Assembly: GCA_951406725.2 (NCBI GenBank)
Contig: OX597816.1
Span: 21,328,001 to 21,392,000, forward strand
Direction of reading: 5' to 3'
Source: Octopus vulgaris
Taxonomy: Eukaryota
DNA: 64,000 nt
This document shows, piece by piece, positions 1-13,846 of the stretch (within the stretch, counting starts at the first letter, position 1; the number at the start of each line of letters is the position of its first letter). The notes below the pieces were generated by a model. That model worked only from the letters and a program-made list of their open reading frames with translations. It was not told the origin of the DNA and did not search any database. The position numbers were made by a program, and so were the translations under genes.

Positions 1-112
1 GCACTAGGCTTACAAAGAATAAGTCTTGGGGTCGATTTGTTCGACTAAAGGCGGTGCTCCAGCATGGCCACAGTCAAATGACTGAAACAAATAGAAGAAT
101 AAAAAGAGTAAG
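1..112 (+). mobile_element. 3' end of tRNA-derived SINE family A
   Basis: Matches the tail of the full copies at 4828 and 63421 (ggcggtgctccagcatggcc..cagtcaaatgactgaaacaa, then an A/G-rich tail). Confidence 0.85.
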
Positions 113-844
113 AGTAATGGATTGAGCATGCTATGTAGATCAAATTCAGTCAAGCTGTGAACAAATCATAGCTCAAAAGTTATGACATTTTAGGTGACCA
201 TGATTGACAATATTGACCCATGCTTTTTGAATATATTCAAAAACGCATAGAGCAATCTGTTTCTTGATGTAAGTAGTTCACAAAAATATTATATGCATTT
301 TCAAAGAGCTCAAGATGAAAAAAATTGCTGAAGCTTCCAGCTACTTACTGACAAAAGCATTTTTATGGAAGTGCAAACCTATTAATACCAAATGCTGAAG
401 TTTGATCCAAATGCACCGGCTCAAACTAAAAAAAAGAACAGCCAAATTTGTTAACAGAGGAAAGTATTTTTTTTCATGCTGTTCTTTGCAGCTATATCAA
501 AGTCTACTGTAAGTAATCCTAGACAAATATTTCTCTTTAAGGAAAATTGAAAATGATGTGTGCAGTCTTTTCACCTTTATTTTCGTTAATGCAAATAAAA
601 AATAAAATAACATTAATGCAAAGTATTATTTTATAGTAAACAGCATGAACGTATAAAGCTGCCTCCAGTAGGTTCACAAGAAAATGTTCCATCACAAAGC
701 CACTTATTTTTCCTTGCCATTATATATATGTACATACACACAGGCACACATATACATACACATATGTACATATGTATGCATGTATAAATGTATATACATG
801 CATGTGTGTAGGGATGTATATCTATCTATTTATCATTATTCTTT

Positions 845-1051
845 TATTATTTTACTTGTTTCAGACATCTGACTATAGCCATGCTTGAACACCGCCTTTA
901 GTTAAACAAATCGACCCCAGAACCTATTCTTTGTAATTCTAGTACTTATTCTATCGGTCTATTGTGCTAAAGCACTAAGCTACGGTGACATAAACGCGCC
1001 AACATCGGTTGTCAAGCGAGTCTATGGGGACAAAAAGAGACACAGAAATAC

Positions 1052-1111
<60 letters not shown>

Positions 1112-1277
1112 TCGACAGGCTTCTTTCAGTTTCCATCTACCAAATTTACTCACAAGGCTTTGGTCAGGTAGAGGCTAGAGTAGAGTGCACTTGCCCAAGT
1201 TAACACACAGTTGCACTAAACCTGGAACCATATGGTTGTGAAGCAATCTTCTTACAACACAGCCAATCCTGTGCCTA
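845..1277 (-). mobile_element. SINE family A, full copy with internal (TA)n
   Basis: Reverse complement of the 4828-5240 copy: tRNA-like head, CORE-like (ac)ttgggcaagtg box, internal microsatellite, conserved tail. Confidence 0.85.
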
Positions 1278-1487
1278 TACATACACACACACATATATAT
1301 ATATGTCTATAAACACTCACACACACACACACATATTTCTATAAATAGAGAGACAGAAAGACTGAGAGAGAGAAAGAGATTTGTTGATGTGTTCCAGCTG
1401 ATCCAATCAACAGAACAGCATACTTGTGAAATTAATGTGCAATTAGCTGAGCACTCCACAGACACATGGCTCGAGAAAGAACAAACA

Positions 1488-1557
<70 letters not shown>

Positions 1558-1589
1558 GAGCGAGAAAGAAGCAACAAGAATGGATAGGT

Positions 1590-1680
1590 TTTTAGTACAA
1601 TCGTTTCATACAAGGACAGGCTTTATTAAAAGTTGCAAAAATTACAGCATATAAACGTGTCCCGTACTCATCAGCTAAAA
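1590..1680 (-). ncRNA. Type I minimal hammerhead ribozyme (inverted copy)
   Basis: Exact reverse complement of the 2203-2293 motif. Confidence 0.8.
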
Positions 1681-2202
1681 TACATGTGAGTTCTCTAGAC
1701 ATCCTAGTGGTTGAGGCTATACTCATGAAGTAATGTAGATAATTAAGTAACATAAACAGATTTCCAAAGTTCATTAAAGTTCTTTAAAGATGATGTACAG
1801 TCTTATCACAGAATTTTAAAAAAAGTTTTAATAGCATCACAGAGAAGGTGACCTAATCCATAGTGCACATATGAATTTCCAGAGATATGAGGAGGGATTA
1901 CATACTCACAGACGACAAATTTATCCATTGTTAATCACAATTGTTGTGATTAACAATGGATAAATTTGTCGTCTGTGAGTATGTAATCCCTCCTCATATC
2001 TCTGGAAATTCATATGTGCACTATGGATTAGGTCACCTTCTCTGTGATGGTATTAAAACTTTTTTAAAATTCTGTGATAAGACTGTACATCATCTTTAAA
2101 GAACTTTAATGAACTTTGGAAATCTGTTTATGTTACTTAATTATCTACATTACTTCATGAGTATAGCCTCAACCACTAGGATGTCTAGAGAACTCACATG
2201 TA

Positions 2203-2293
2203 TTTTAGCTGATGAGTACGGGACACGTTTATATGCTGTAATTTTTGCAACTTTTAATAAAGCCTGTCCTTGTATGAAACGATTGTACTAAAA
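2203..2293 (+). ncRNA. Type I minimal hammerhead ribozyme
   Basis: Stem I TTTTAG/CTAAAA; CTGATGA at 2209; stem II GTACGGGACA/TGTCCTTGTAT; GAAAC-gatt-GTA; predicted cleavage after A2287. Confidence 0.8.
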
Positions 2294-2439
2294 ACCTATC
2301 CATTCTTGTTGCTTCTTTCTCGCTTATAATCACCCCACATTACTGTATTGTTAAAACAGTATAGTTTTTTTTGGTGCATCTAAGTTAGGTACCATATTCA
2401 AGTAAATTCATTTAAATTAACTTGAATCTTTATTGCTTT

Positions 2440-2482
<43 letters not shown>

Positions 2483-2487
<5 letters not shown>

Positions 2488-2825
2488 TTATTTATTTTTT
2501 ATTTATTTTGACATGTATCACTGACGAAGAGAGGGCTCTTAGAGGCTAACTCTGAAATAGGTCCGATATGGTAATAATGGAATTTTTTTTAGAAATTTCT
2601 GTCGACTTTTTTTCGAGTAGCGTGCATATTGTGAAAAAATTATATGGTTAATTGACAATATGTCCAATTTTTCGGCATATTTGGCATTAGAAATTTTTTT
2701 CCTTTGCCCTCATTTATGAATTGTTTATAAATTTAAGCATTAAAGGTATTTTTTAATATGCTGGCCATTGATAAAATTTTTTTCGAGAAAATATTTTTTT
2801 TCGAAAGAAATTTTATCCTCACATT

Positions 2826-2828
<3 letters not shown>
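2483..2828 (+). mobile_element. Second hammerhead-bearing element between (TA)n tracts
   Basis: Hammerhead near the 5' end; TGCTGGCCATT plus hairpin 2770-2817 at the 3' end; (TA)n on both sides. Confidence 0.65.
2514..2570 (+). ncRNA. Minimal hammerhead ribozyme, slightly decayed
   Basis: TGTATC(a)-CTGACGA-AGAG...CTCT-GAAAT-ag-GTC-(c)GATATG; one A.C mismatch at the base of stem I. Confidence 0.65.
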
Positions 2829-2898
<70 letters not shown>

Positions 2899-2905
2899 AT
2901 ATATA

Positions 2906-2980
<75 letters not shown>

Positions 2981-3214
2981 CATATATATTCTTGAAATGA
3001 GGAGTAGATAGACGGCTGACAACTGATGAAGGGTTGTTCTTTATGTTACTTTTCTTGTTTTCCATTTTTTTCTCTCATAGTTTGTATATTGAACTCATTT
3101 GCTTTCGTATTTCATGATGTTTACTGTTCAGTGACATCTTGTACCCATATATGCACGTGTTTATATATATCTATATGCACATATATATATATTATTTATA
3201 TATCTGTATATTGT

Positions 3215-3414
3215 GGTCATCGTGCCGGTGGCACGTAAAAGCACCCACTACACTCTCGGAGTGGTTGGCGTTAGGAAGGGCATCCAGCTGTAGAAATTCT
3301 GCCAGATCAGATTGGAGTCTGGTGCAGCCATCTGGTTCGCCAGACCTTAGTTAAATCGCCCAACCCATGCTAGCATGGAAAGTGGACGTTAAACAATGAC
3401 CTTGATGATGATGT
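3215..3414 (+). mobile_element. 3' UTR fragment of RTE-clade LINE ending in (GAT)n
   Basis: Matches the 3' end of the coding RTE copy at 50740-51846 (gagtggttggcgttaggaagggcatccagctgtagaaa...cgttaaac(gat)n). Confidence 0.8.
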
Positions 3415-4827
3415 TGTATTCTATCATCGGACTGTTATATAACGTCCACTCTGGTAAGTAAGAAATGACTACTTATGACCGACTACTAACTTCTTGATGT
3501 GATAGTATTTGTAACAACTAGCACATACCACTTGTCATGTCGGAGGGATGTTCCATTATAATTATTATCCCCATAACAAACACAAACACACACAGATATG
3601 TATATATCTGTATGTACCAGCTTAACTTCACAATATTGTCCAATATCAATAAATACAGTAAAGATTTTTTTAATGTATATGTTGTTGTTGTTGTTGTCCT
3701 GTTGGTGGTGGTGTTGGTGGTGGTGATGTCAGCGACATGTTTCGAGGTGCTCATAAGATCGATTGTTTGTTTACATATTCAAATGTTAATTGTTGAAATG
3801 TTGTTATAAAGCATTCGCTAAGCCAACCAGAATCCAATCCAGAATAAAAGACGAGCTGGTCCTTTTGTTTCTCAGTCATTTGGGACTGAAATTTTGCTGA
3901 AATATTTTGAATTTATTCTAAACATATTCTTTAATTCCTAAACATTGAATTGGCTTCCACAACCTGCAAGCTAAAAAGATAGGAGGTGACTCACAAAGGT
4001 GGGAGCAGTAAGGGTCAGGGTCACTTTATGTCATCATGCATATGGAAGGAGAGGGATGAGGGAGCCATTTTCAAGTGTTGAAGGTTCAGTCTATAAAATT
4101 GCGCCACTGCTATAGAGATAAATGACAGGATCAGTAATAACAACAACACCAACAACAGCAACATGGAAAAAACAAAATCTGTGATAGCAGCTTCAGGGGG
4201 CATAAAGATGGTATTCTTGTCATGAAAGAGGGGAGGCGTTTTTATCATTGAGAGGTCAAAGTTCAAAGTTCAAAAAAATTGCACCATTTCATTAGCAGCT
4301 ATTGACAGTAATTGTAAAAACAACAACATTGATAAAAACAGCAAAAATAGTAGTAGCAGCAGCAGCAGCAGTAGCAGCAATAATGACAAAAGCAGGGACA
4401 ATAGCAGCAGAGAAAGCAATAGCCTTTTCAGCAGCCACAGCAGCAGAACAGCAGCATTAACAGGGACAATAGCAGCAGCAGCAGCTGTGACTGCAGCAAC
4501 GATAACAAGGCTTCTTCACTACAATAGTCTCCACAAAACAGTCTCACCCAAGAAGATGACCAGCTGGAATTAGAAGATGCTGCTCACTTTAGGAAAATTT
4601 CGGGGAGACAGGAAAAGCATATTCCTAGTTATGGTACACTTGCTTGCACCTTCTAGAAAGATCGTTCTATATTGTTCTTTGAGTTTAACAAAAGGTTTGG
4701 TGGAAGATTTTAATTCAGAACTTTTGAAAACAAGACACTTGTACTCAGAGCCAGAACCAGTTTCAGACAGGTTGGCAACGAAATGGTTAAAGGATATGAA
4801 GGCACTGGAGTGTCTGTGTGGTAAGTA

Positions 4828-5240
4828 GGCGCAGGAGTGGCTATGTGGTAAGTAGCTTGTTTACCAACCACATGGTTCTGGGTTCAGTCCCACTGCATGG
4901 CACCTTGGGCAAGTGGCTTCTACTATAGCCTCGCGCCGACTAAAGCCTTCTGAGTGGATTTGGTAGACGGAAACTAAAAGAAGCCCGTCGTATATATTTA
5001 TATATATATATATATGTATGTGTGTTTATATGTTTGTGTGTATGTATTTGTTCCCCCAATATCGTTTGAGAACCGATGCTGGTGTGTTTATGTCCTCGTA
5101 ACTTAGCAGCTCGGCAAAAGAAACCGATAGAATAAGTACTAGTGTTACAAAGAATAAGTCCTGGGTTCGAATTTCTTGACTAAAGGCAATGCTCCAGCAT
5201 GGCTGCAGTCAAATAACTGAAATAAGTAAAAGAGTAAAGA
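4828..5240 (+). mobile_element. SINE family A, full copy
   Basis: tRNA-like head (A box tggctatgtggtaag, B box ggttcagtccc), CORE-like ccttgggcaagt, internal (TA)/(TG) tract, conserved tail; more than 12 related copies in the window. Confidence 0.9.
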
Positions 5241-5544
5241 GTTGCTTCTCCATCTCTAACAAGCTGTAAAAGCTCACCAAAACTTAACTTCATCTTCTGA
5301 CATAGCAATACATTTCAAAACTTGCTTAATATCTTCATTAATGACTTGACATTCATTTTTGCATTATATTCACAGAAATGCTCTTATTAAATACAAATAC
5401 ACATTGACAAGTTTCAGTTCCTTGAAGCCAAGTTGATGTACGAAAAATCCAAAACTACATGTGCAAACACACACATACACACACACACAGACAGTCACAT
5501 ATATCCATATATACTTATATACATTCTTTAATCTTTTATCATTG

Positions 5545-5810
5545 ACTTGTTTCAGTCATTTGACTGTGGCCATGCTGGGGCACTGCCTTGAAGAGGGATA
5601 GCTGAACAAATAAACTCCAGGACTTGCTTTTTTAATTTTTGTTTAAGCGTGGTACTTATTCTATCAATCTCTTTTTGCTAAACTGCTTCGTTACAGTGAT
5701 ATAGACACAGCAACACTAGCCAAGCAGTAGAGGGGGACAAACACATACATCAAGAGACGGGCACACAAATATATACATATATATGTGTGTGTGTATATAT
5801 AAATATCTGT

Positions 5811-5870
<60 letters not shown>

Positions 5871-6084
5871 ATAAATATGTGTTTGTATATATATATATAT
5901 ATATACACACATATATATATATATGGCAAGTTTCTTTCTGTTTTCATCTACCAAATCCACTCACAAGGCTTTGGTCAGCCCAAAGCTATAGTAGAAGACA
6001 CTTGTCCAAGGTGCCACGCAGTGGGACTGAACCCAGAAACATGCATTCAGATAGCAAGCTTCTTCTTACACAGCCACACCTGCA
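5545..6084 (-). mobile_element. SINE family A
   Basis: Reverse complement of family A with an expanded internal microsatellite. Confidence 0.85.
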
Positions 6085-6339
6085 CCAATACACACATATA
6101 CGTTATATATACATGAATGTGTTCCTTGTGATTCAAATTCCATGCTCCATTGATTGTCTGCTGTTGCTTGCTTAAGATTATAGTGGTGTGAATTTTATTC
6201 CAAACAATAAAAACATTGACTTTCTATGGTCGATACACTTTACAATATATTGTGTACACTTCTTCCATATATGTATGTACGTACTCATTTATTAATGTAT
6301 ATAGTAATAGTTGACTGCATCTCGTGTTTCTGAGATTGC

Positions 6340-6700
6340 AATCCAGTTCTTTTTCCTGGGTGTTTGAACCGCAGATGGCTCCACAATCGAAGGGTTGCAT
6401 GAAACATATGGGCACATTGTGGACAGGGGATAGAAGGGGCTGGTATGGGAAGGAGAAGGCGCTGATTTCTCTCCCGTCTCTTGAGTTCAGCTCTTGCAAC
6501 TCAGACTTTCTCGAAGGCTGCAGAACCCATTTTGATGGTGTGTCTCCAGAGGGGGCTGTTTGCCAAGATATCTTCCCAGAATACGGGGTCGATGTTGATG
6601 CTTTTCAGGGTTGATTCGAGTTGGTCCTTGCACAATCTCAAGGAGGGTTCCACGAGGACGTTTTCCTTCAGACAGTTCACCGTAGAGATAGATCTGTCTT
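6340..6700 (-). pseudogene. RTE-clade LINE ORF2 C-terminal remnant with C2H2-like finger
   Basis: Manual minus-strand translation: LYGELSEGKRPRG/(frameshift)KDQLESTLKSINIDPVFWE...WRHTIKMG..FEKV*..KRRER...CPQCAHMFHATLRLWSHLRFKH, typical of RTE C-termini. Confidence 0.8.
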
Positions 6701-7247
6701 TACAAGTGAATTAATATATGTATGACATATATATTAATGTATATATTGTATATATGTTAATGTATATGACTTAATACTCTAACAGCTTAGAGTTCAAAGG
6801 TCCACAAATTTCCAATGCCTTGCCAAAAGGCCTCCACAATCTACAAGTTGTAGATGTCCTCAGCGAGCTCTACACATCTTCCAGGATGAGGCTCATCTTG
6901 TAAGTTGTAGTTTCCGGTTCAGAATTCCTGAAACTATCACTGACACTGGCTTACACTTATTGTCCAATCCTCATATATGGTATTAACGCACATTCTATTG
7001 CGTTGTTGCCTTTATTGAACTCATAAAACAAAATATGTCAAATATACTCCTTTGTCACTTCTATTATAGCTTTGAAAAAAATAACAATTCAAATCGAACT
7101 GCACTCTTCAAAACTTGCAGTAAGAATAAGGACAAGGTAAAATTACTACCTGCTTTTATAGCAAGTTGATGCTGATAGTATACCCAACCCCTACAACTTT
7201 TAATTCAAGCAATTGAAAAAAACCATGTTATTTATAGGATGAGCCAA

Positions 7248-7391
<144 letters not shown>

Positions 7392-7559
7392 ATATTTTAC
7401 ATAAACATAAATATGTGTATTTATCATTTTCTGTGCTGAATTGTAATTTTGCTTTGAATAAATTCCATCTATGATAGTTATTGCTTCTCAGATTATGATG
7501 TACCTATCCCTATCCAATCTAGCATTAGTAGCAGCGGCAGCATTGCTTAAAAAAAAAAA

Positions 7560-7668
<109 letters not shown>

Positions 7669-8233
7669 GAAATAAAATATAATATATGCAAAATGAATAT
7701 TATGAAACCACACTATAATAAAAAAAAAAAATAGATAGCCAGATACTCTAGAGATCTATAAATTCTTTAAAGTTGCCAACTTTTATTCCCTTTTTTAAAA
7801 CACTTTTATAAATGTGTAAAATAAATCAAAGTGAAAAGAAAAATTCATAAGCAAAACATTTTTGTTTTGTTTTGTCACTTATTATTTTTATTTATATTTA
7901 TTCATTTTTTATATTCTATTTTCTGCTCGTAATATAATTTAACTCGCTTTAAATCTTTGCAAGCATTTCTCAAATGTGGTTTGGTATTTTAGACAATTTA
8001 GTATTTTCAATTTTTTCCTCTTTGTTTTCTTTTTTTTTCTGTTTTTAGCTTCTTTGTTGGAAACAAACAAAAAAGCCTTTATTTAGATATACACATACGC
8101 GTAGGACGTACGTACAGTCACACACAGTCATGACACACACACATGAATGTATATGCTCCAATACATGCACACATTTATACACACATACATACATAGATAT
8201 GTACATATACAGATTCAATACATATATGTATGT

Positions 8234-8272
<39 letters not shown>

Positions 8273-9428
8273 AACAAATCTATATATAGGGAGACTATAT
8301 ATATATATGTGTGTGTATAAAGTTTCACACTCTCTCTTTCTGTCTGTGTATATATATATATATATGTGTGTGTGTGTATATATGTATATGTGTGTATATA
8401 TGTATCTATATATATAATTATATATATATATATACACACATACATATATACATACATATATATACATATATATACATATATATACATATATATATATGTA
8501 TATATATATATGTGTGTGTATATATATATATATATATATACATACATATACATATACATATATACATATATTTTTTTTCTAGTTTTAGCTCAGAGCTGCG
8601 GCAATGCTGATGCTCCGCCGTATATATATATATATATATATACATGTAGTTTTTTTTCTTTTCTGTCCTAATTATTTTAGTCCCTTCCATGTTGCTTTAC
8701 ATTTTTATCCTGTATCATCCGAAAGTTTTTACAGTCGTCGTTGTCACACTTTTGCATCGTTGTTTGGTTCATCTTGTTATTTTTGTTTGTTAGTTTTTTT
8801 TCCTTACTTTATATTATAAATCGCTTTAACCTGATCTAATTACCTACCTATATTTCCACCTTCTGTTTTGCTTTTAAACGAATACAATAAAGAAACAAAC
8901 AAACAAACGATGAATCACCAGACAAACAAATAATCAGTAAGAATGCTTTATCAAATGAAGTTTAAACATTTTTCTAATAAATTTAAGTCTGATGAGAATT
9001 TTCTGATCTGGTTTCAGTTGAGTTGATATCGGTTCAAAGAAAAGTTTTACCTCATTAAACTGCAAATGAGAAATTGCAGTAATGCAATATTCTATACTGA
9101 GTATATATGAAAGAAAATTCTTGCTACTTTGAGTTCATTTGAATAGGAATTACGAAAACAAAAAAAAACCAAAAGAAATCAAAGTCTTTCCGCATAAACT
9201 GTATGCACACCATCTTCGTTTTTTTTGGGAAATCACTGTATTCTCTCACTCTCTTACACTCTCATTCTCTTCATTTCTTTCTTCTCTTCTTCACATACAT
9301 GCATATACACATATCCACATATGCACATGTTTGTGTGTGTGTATATACATATATATATATACACATATATATATATATATATACATATATATTTATATAC
9401 ATATATATATATATATACATATATATAC

Positions 9429-9459
<31 letters not shown>

Positions 9460-9460
9460 C

Positions 9461-9495
<35 letters not shown>

Positions 9496-10734
9496 AACAG
9501 AGAGAGAGAAAAAAAGATGGTGTGTGATTGAAAGAAAGACTGTGAGAAAACGACACACTCTCACTTGCACATGCACACACATATATACCACTACATTATA
9601 CATACATGCATATATATATGTGTGTGTGTGTGTGTGTGTTTTTGTGTATATCCGTATATATTATGTATGTCTATGTGTGTGTATATACACATATATATGT
9701 ATATATATATATATATACATGCATATGTATGCATATATATACATATGCATATGCATATATATATATATATGTGTGTGTGTATATATATATATACATACAT
9801 ACATATATATATATATATATGTAATATGTATGTATATATGATGTATATATATATATCTTCATATACACATGGAAGCATATATAACACCCACACATATACA
9901 ACACATGCAAACTTTTCTTTGAAAAGCCTTACTTTTTCACTGAACATTTTGCATCATTATACATTCTTACTCTTTCTTTTGTTTTTGTTTTTCTCTTTTG
10001 TTTTTTTTTGTTTGTTTATTTCTTCTTTAATCTTCCTTGCTTTGGTTTTCTTTTTCTGATGAAAAACAACGAGCAAGAAAAAGCAAGATCAGTGAGTTGA
10101 TATCATTAGCTAGAGGACAAGTTGTTGTTAGTTTCAAGAATTTGAGATTTCAGGGAAAGTTATTTTGAAACAAGAACTCAAGCATATGCACAACCCATAA
10201 AAATCACACTTGCAAACAGAACTATTTGCACCAAAAAATTAAAAAAAGAAAAACCCAGAAAAATCTAAAAAAAAAAAAAACATCATTTGGGAATTTTTTT
10301 TTTTTGTGTGTGCAAACTTCTATATTTGTATTGTTTTAATATTGTGTGTTTAAAGCGTGCAAATACACCCACATACAAACGCATTCATCATCAAATATTC
10401 TGAAGTTATATTTGAATGTATCTGAAAGAATAGATAATATACCAAAAAGGTAGCTACTGTCGAGTAGAATGGGTAGCTGGAAAAGACAACCAAGTATTCT
10501 TTTGAATGATATAGACATGGCTGTAGGTGGATGTATGGCTGAGTTGTCAAAAATCGTTTGCTCTACGAAACTTGTTTTTAAGTTCATTCCTAGTGAGTAC
10601 TACGTCGCTTAAGTGTTCCCTAATATGGTCGTCTGTTGATCATTGCCTTGTGAATCAACCATAATTAGAAGCTCTGTGGCAGCTTGGTAGGTATAAGTGT
10701 GTATACCCACATGCCTGTATGCTGGTATATTAAT

Positions 10735-11085
10735 GTCATCATCACTGTTCGACCTTGGCCAAGACAATGGATTTTACTATGTTACACCAGACTTCACGGT
10801 CCATCATAGCATTACGGAGGTCCTGTTGCTGGATGCCTATATCCCTGGAGATTACATCAGGGTAGGAGAGTGAGCGCCCTCTGGTATCGCGAGCAGATGG
10901 CTTCCAGAGGAGAAGAGTAGAAATTACCTCGTTTTCAGCTCTACAACAATGTCCAGCAAACTGGACTCTTCTACCTTTCAAAAGAGATGATACAGGTGAT
11001 AGTTTCCCATATATTTGTACTTTGGTTGGATGACCCTTCCACGAGAGATTTTGAGCTCTCATAAGGAGGCGAGTTTAAGTTCCAT
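10735..11085 (-). pseudogene. RTE-like LINE ORF2 C-terminal fragment
   Basis: ORF 10742-11062 has RRVQFAGHCCR, LLWKPS..RGR, YPDVISRD and MMDREVW, a typical non-LTR RT C-terminus; followed by a short (GAT)n tail. Confidence 0.8.
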
Positions 11086-11686
11086 ACGCGTAAATATTTG
11101 TGCATATGTATACAAAAGACATACCTTTAGTTCCTATAAGTAATTTCTACCAATCTATAAAATTCGCCCTTCAACTGTCTTCTTACCTTTCATTTCCACA
11201 ACATGTATTTATTTCCACACTTTTAAACTTAATTCCTATTCATCTACCACACTATATTTTTCCACTCTTATTTTCTGTTAATTTCTTTCTTTCTCCTCCT
11301 TCTCTTTCTGTAAATTACCTTTGATGTTAAATCTGTCAACAGTTTCTTTTTCTAAAATAACTTGCTAGCATTCCCCTTACATTATATACATGGTAATCAC
11401 ATTCCATTAAAATAGCTTATTGATGTGTTTTGTTCCTAATTTTTTCTACAAGTTAATTGCATTGTTTTACATCATTTTTATTCCCTCCGGAATAATATCA
11501 ATACTATTTTCGAAACAAACGTTGGAAATATAATATGATTTGAATAACACCTGTGCTTGACTCCATTTCTTAATTTATCCATATATATATGTGTGTGTGT
11601 GAATGTGTGTGTGTGTGTGTTTGCGTATGTGTGTGTATATGGACGTAACAGCTGTATGTATGAACATTTGTAGGTATGTATGCATG

Positions 11687-11765
<79 letters not shown>

Positions 11766-12035
11766 AAACTTTCTCAACCTTATACACAACTTACAATTGT
11801 ATTTTACTCCCTTATCTTATTCATATTGTAGTTTTTTATATTGTAATTTACTCTATAATCTCTACTTATTCATCCGTTTATTACTGTAACTATGTTTATC
11901 TACTCTATCTTACTGCCAGCCAACCTACAAACCCCTCACCCAAACACATATAAATATAAATCATAAAAAGTATCATTCAGTCTGCTTTGATGAATCTACA
12001 AACAAACTTACATAACATCTAAGGGTATATTTTTC

Positions 12036-12116
12036 CCCTCTGAAGAGATTATGCTCAGAAATATGAATTTAACATTTAATTAACTTCACTGTGTATAATT
12101 GAAACAGCTGTAAGGG
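12036..12116 (+). ncRNA. Type I minimal hammerhead ribozyme
   Basis: CCCT-CTGAAGA-GATTATGC...GTATAATT-GAAAC-agct-GTA-AGGG, inside a ~570 bp segment (about 11762-12333) bounded by (TA)n. Confidence 0.8.
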
Positions 12117-12330
12117 ATAATGAGCGATTTGTTGCTGATAATAAACTCTTATTACCTTCAATATCTCCATTTAATTTTTCTTTTTCTTTCCTAAACATGA
12201 ATATAAACTACAGTTTATATACAAACCTATTATTTTAAGGATATAAATTCTGCCCCCAAATATTTGGTATTGAACCAGTATTTCCTTGGACAACACTGTC
12301 CCTTCATGAGGCTAACATATCCTCTAAATG

Positions 12331-12375
<45 letters not shown>

Positions 12376-13846
12376 AACAAAGTAATAAATAAAACATATG
12401 CATATATACATACATATATGTACGTACCTACATGTATATGTATATATACATGCATATATAGGTACAGGACAGCAAAAAATCGTCGAACACAATGAGAAAC
12501 GAAAACATAAAAACAGAACCATGGAAACGGACATTTTTTTAAAACAACGAAAAACCAGGGTACAAGACATACAACACAAGGAAAATTCCCCTTCTTCAGC
12601 CGCCTCCGTTTCGTCTACTCCGTGTTTCGAAGGTAAAGGTGAGATACGATTTCAGTGAAACGGTCCTTCCCGCAAATCAAATTAAATAAAATTTGCGATT
12701 TTTTGCGGAGGGGTAAAAGTGGTAACAAAAACAGGACAGTAAAAACAATACAAGGCAGTAAAAATACAAATAAAAATAAAAACAGTAAGCGACAGGACAA
12801 GTAGAATAACAGTAATACGAACGTTAAGGGCTGTTAAGCCGAACGAAAGAAAAATTATTTTGAACGCGTGAGAGCAACGGCATGAGAAAGAGATAGAATG
12901 CCGTCTATTCTTGTTGAAGGTTGTGGTCAGAAAGACAGAAGGACTCTGGTCACATGTCAGCGACGAGAGGGAGGAGGAGGAGTAGTAAGAGAATGGAAAC
13001 GGTGAAAGGGAGAGAATGGTAGAGAAAACCAGAAAGAATGAAGAATGAGCGAGAGGGGGACTGTAAGGTTAGAAAAATAGGGACAGTAAAGTTAAGAGTG
13101 CGTATCATAAAGATGGGAGCATCCCATCAAAGTTAATTGTAAGAGTCACAGGTACTCTTGGATGAATCTTTGAAACAATCGTAGGAATATTTCTTTCCCT
13201 TTAAGTATGGTACTAAAAAAACTCTTTTTAAACATTTATTACTCCCTGCATTCCATAATTTTTAAACGAAATGTCTTTCTATAGACACATTTTATTATTA
13301 TCATCTATATTTTTATCTTTTCTCCATTATATTTATATATGTATATATTTATTTGTCCTTGCATATATTTAACATTCATATATATTTTTATATTTCTATA
13401 ACTCTATATTTTGAATGTATTAATATATGTTTTAGACAATTCTTTTTATTAAATCCGTTTATGTATACACCAATCGTAGTCTGCCTGAGTTGAACTTCTT
13501 CCCTGTATCTTTTGAACATTTATATGTGTGTGTGTGTGTGTGTGTGTGTTTGTGAGGTTTGTGTTTGTCCCACCACCACCACCACCACCACTATTGCTTG
13601 ACAACTAATGTCAGTGTGTTTACATCCCCATAACTTTAGCATTTCGGCAAAAAGAGAACGATAAAATAAGCACTAAGCTTCAAGGAAATAAGTCCTGGGG
13701 TCTATTTTGTCGACTAAAGGCGGTGCTCCAGCATGGCTGTAGTCAAATGACTGAAACAAGTAAAAGAATAAAGGAATAAAAGAATGATAAAACTTAAAAC
13801 ATCGCTTTTTCTGCCTGAAGTGAGGGTTGGGGTAGAAGAATTCTAT

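Larger units (their letters stand above)
1559..2443 (+). mobile_element. Hammerhead-bearing fold-back element (Penelope-like pLTR/retrozyme) in (TA)n
   Basis: Arms 1559-1940 and 1944-2324 are near-perfect reverse complements with a 3-nt loop. Unique tail 2325-2443. (TA)n on both sides. Each arm carries a hammerhead core. Confidence 0.8.

Noticed and set aside
1592-2291. Identical 60-aa ORF on both strands
   Set aside because: A consequence of the palindrome; no recognisable protein motif.
2989-3035. GAAA..GTA..CTGATGA order suggesting a type II (permuted) hammerhead, also seen at about 12590-12635 on the minus strand
   Set aside because: Stem II is plausible, but no stem I pairing exists in either copy.
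4021-4580. Possible exon with CAG repeats and hydrophobic ORF
   Set aside because: Low-complexity sequence, stops in adjacent frames, no convincing splice sites or homology.
4828-4900. tRNA genes at SINE heads
   Set aside because: A and B boxes are present but there is no complete cloverleaf, and they are always fused to SINE bodies.
8989-9050. CTGATGA followed by a weak stem
   Set aside because: No GAAA directly after the stem, and no stem I or stem III.
12270-12315. Minus-strand CTCATGA-AGGGACA..TGTCC..GAAA
   Set aside because: Core mismatch, misplaced GAAA and no stem I; probably coincidental.
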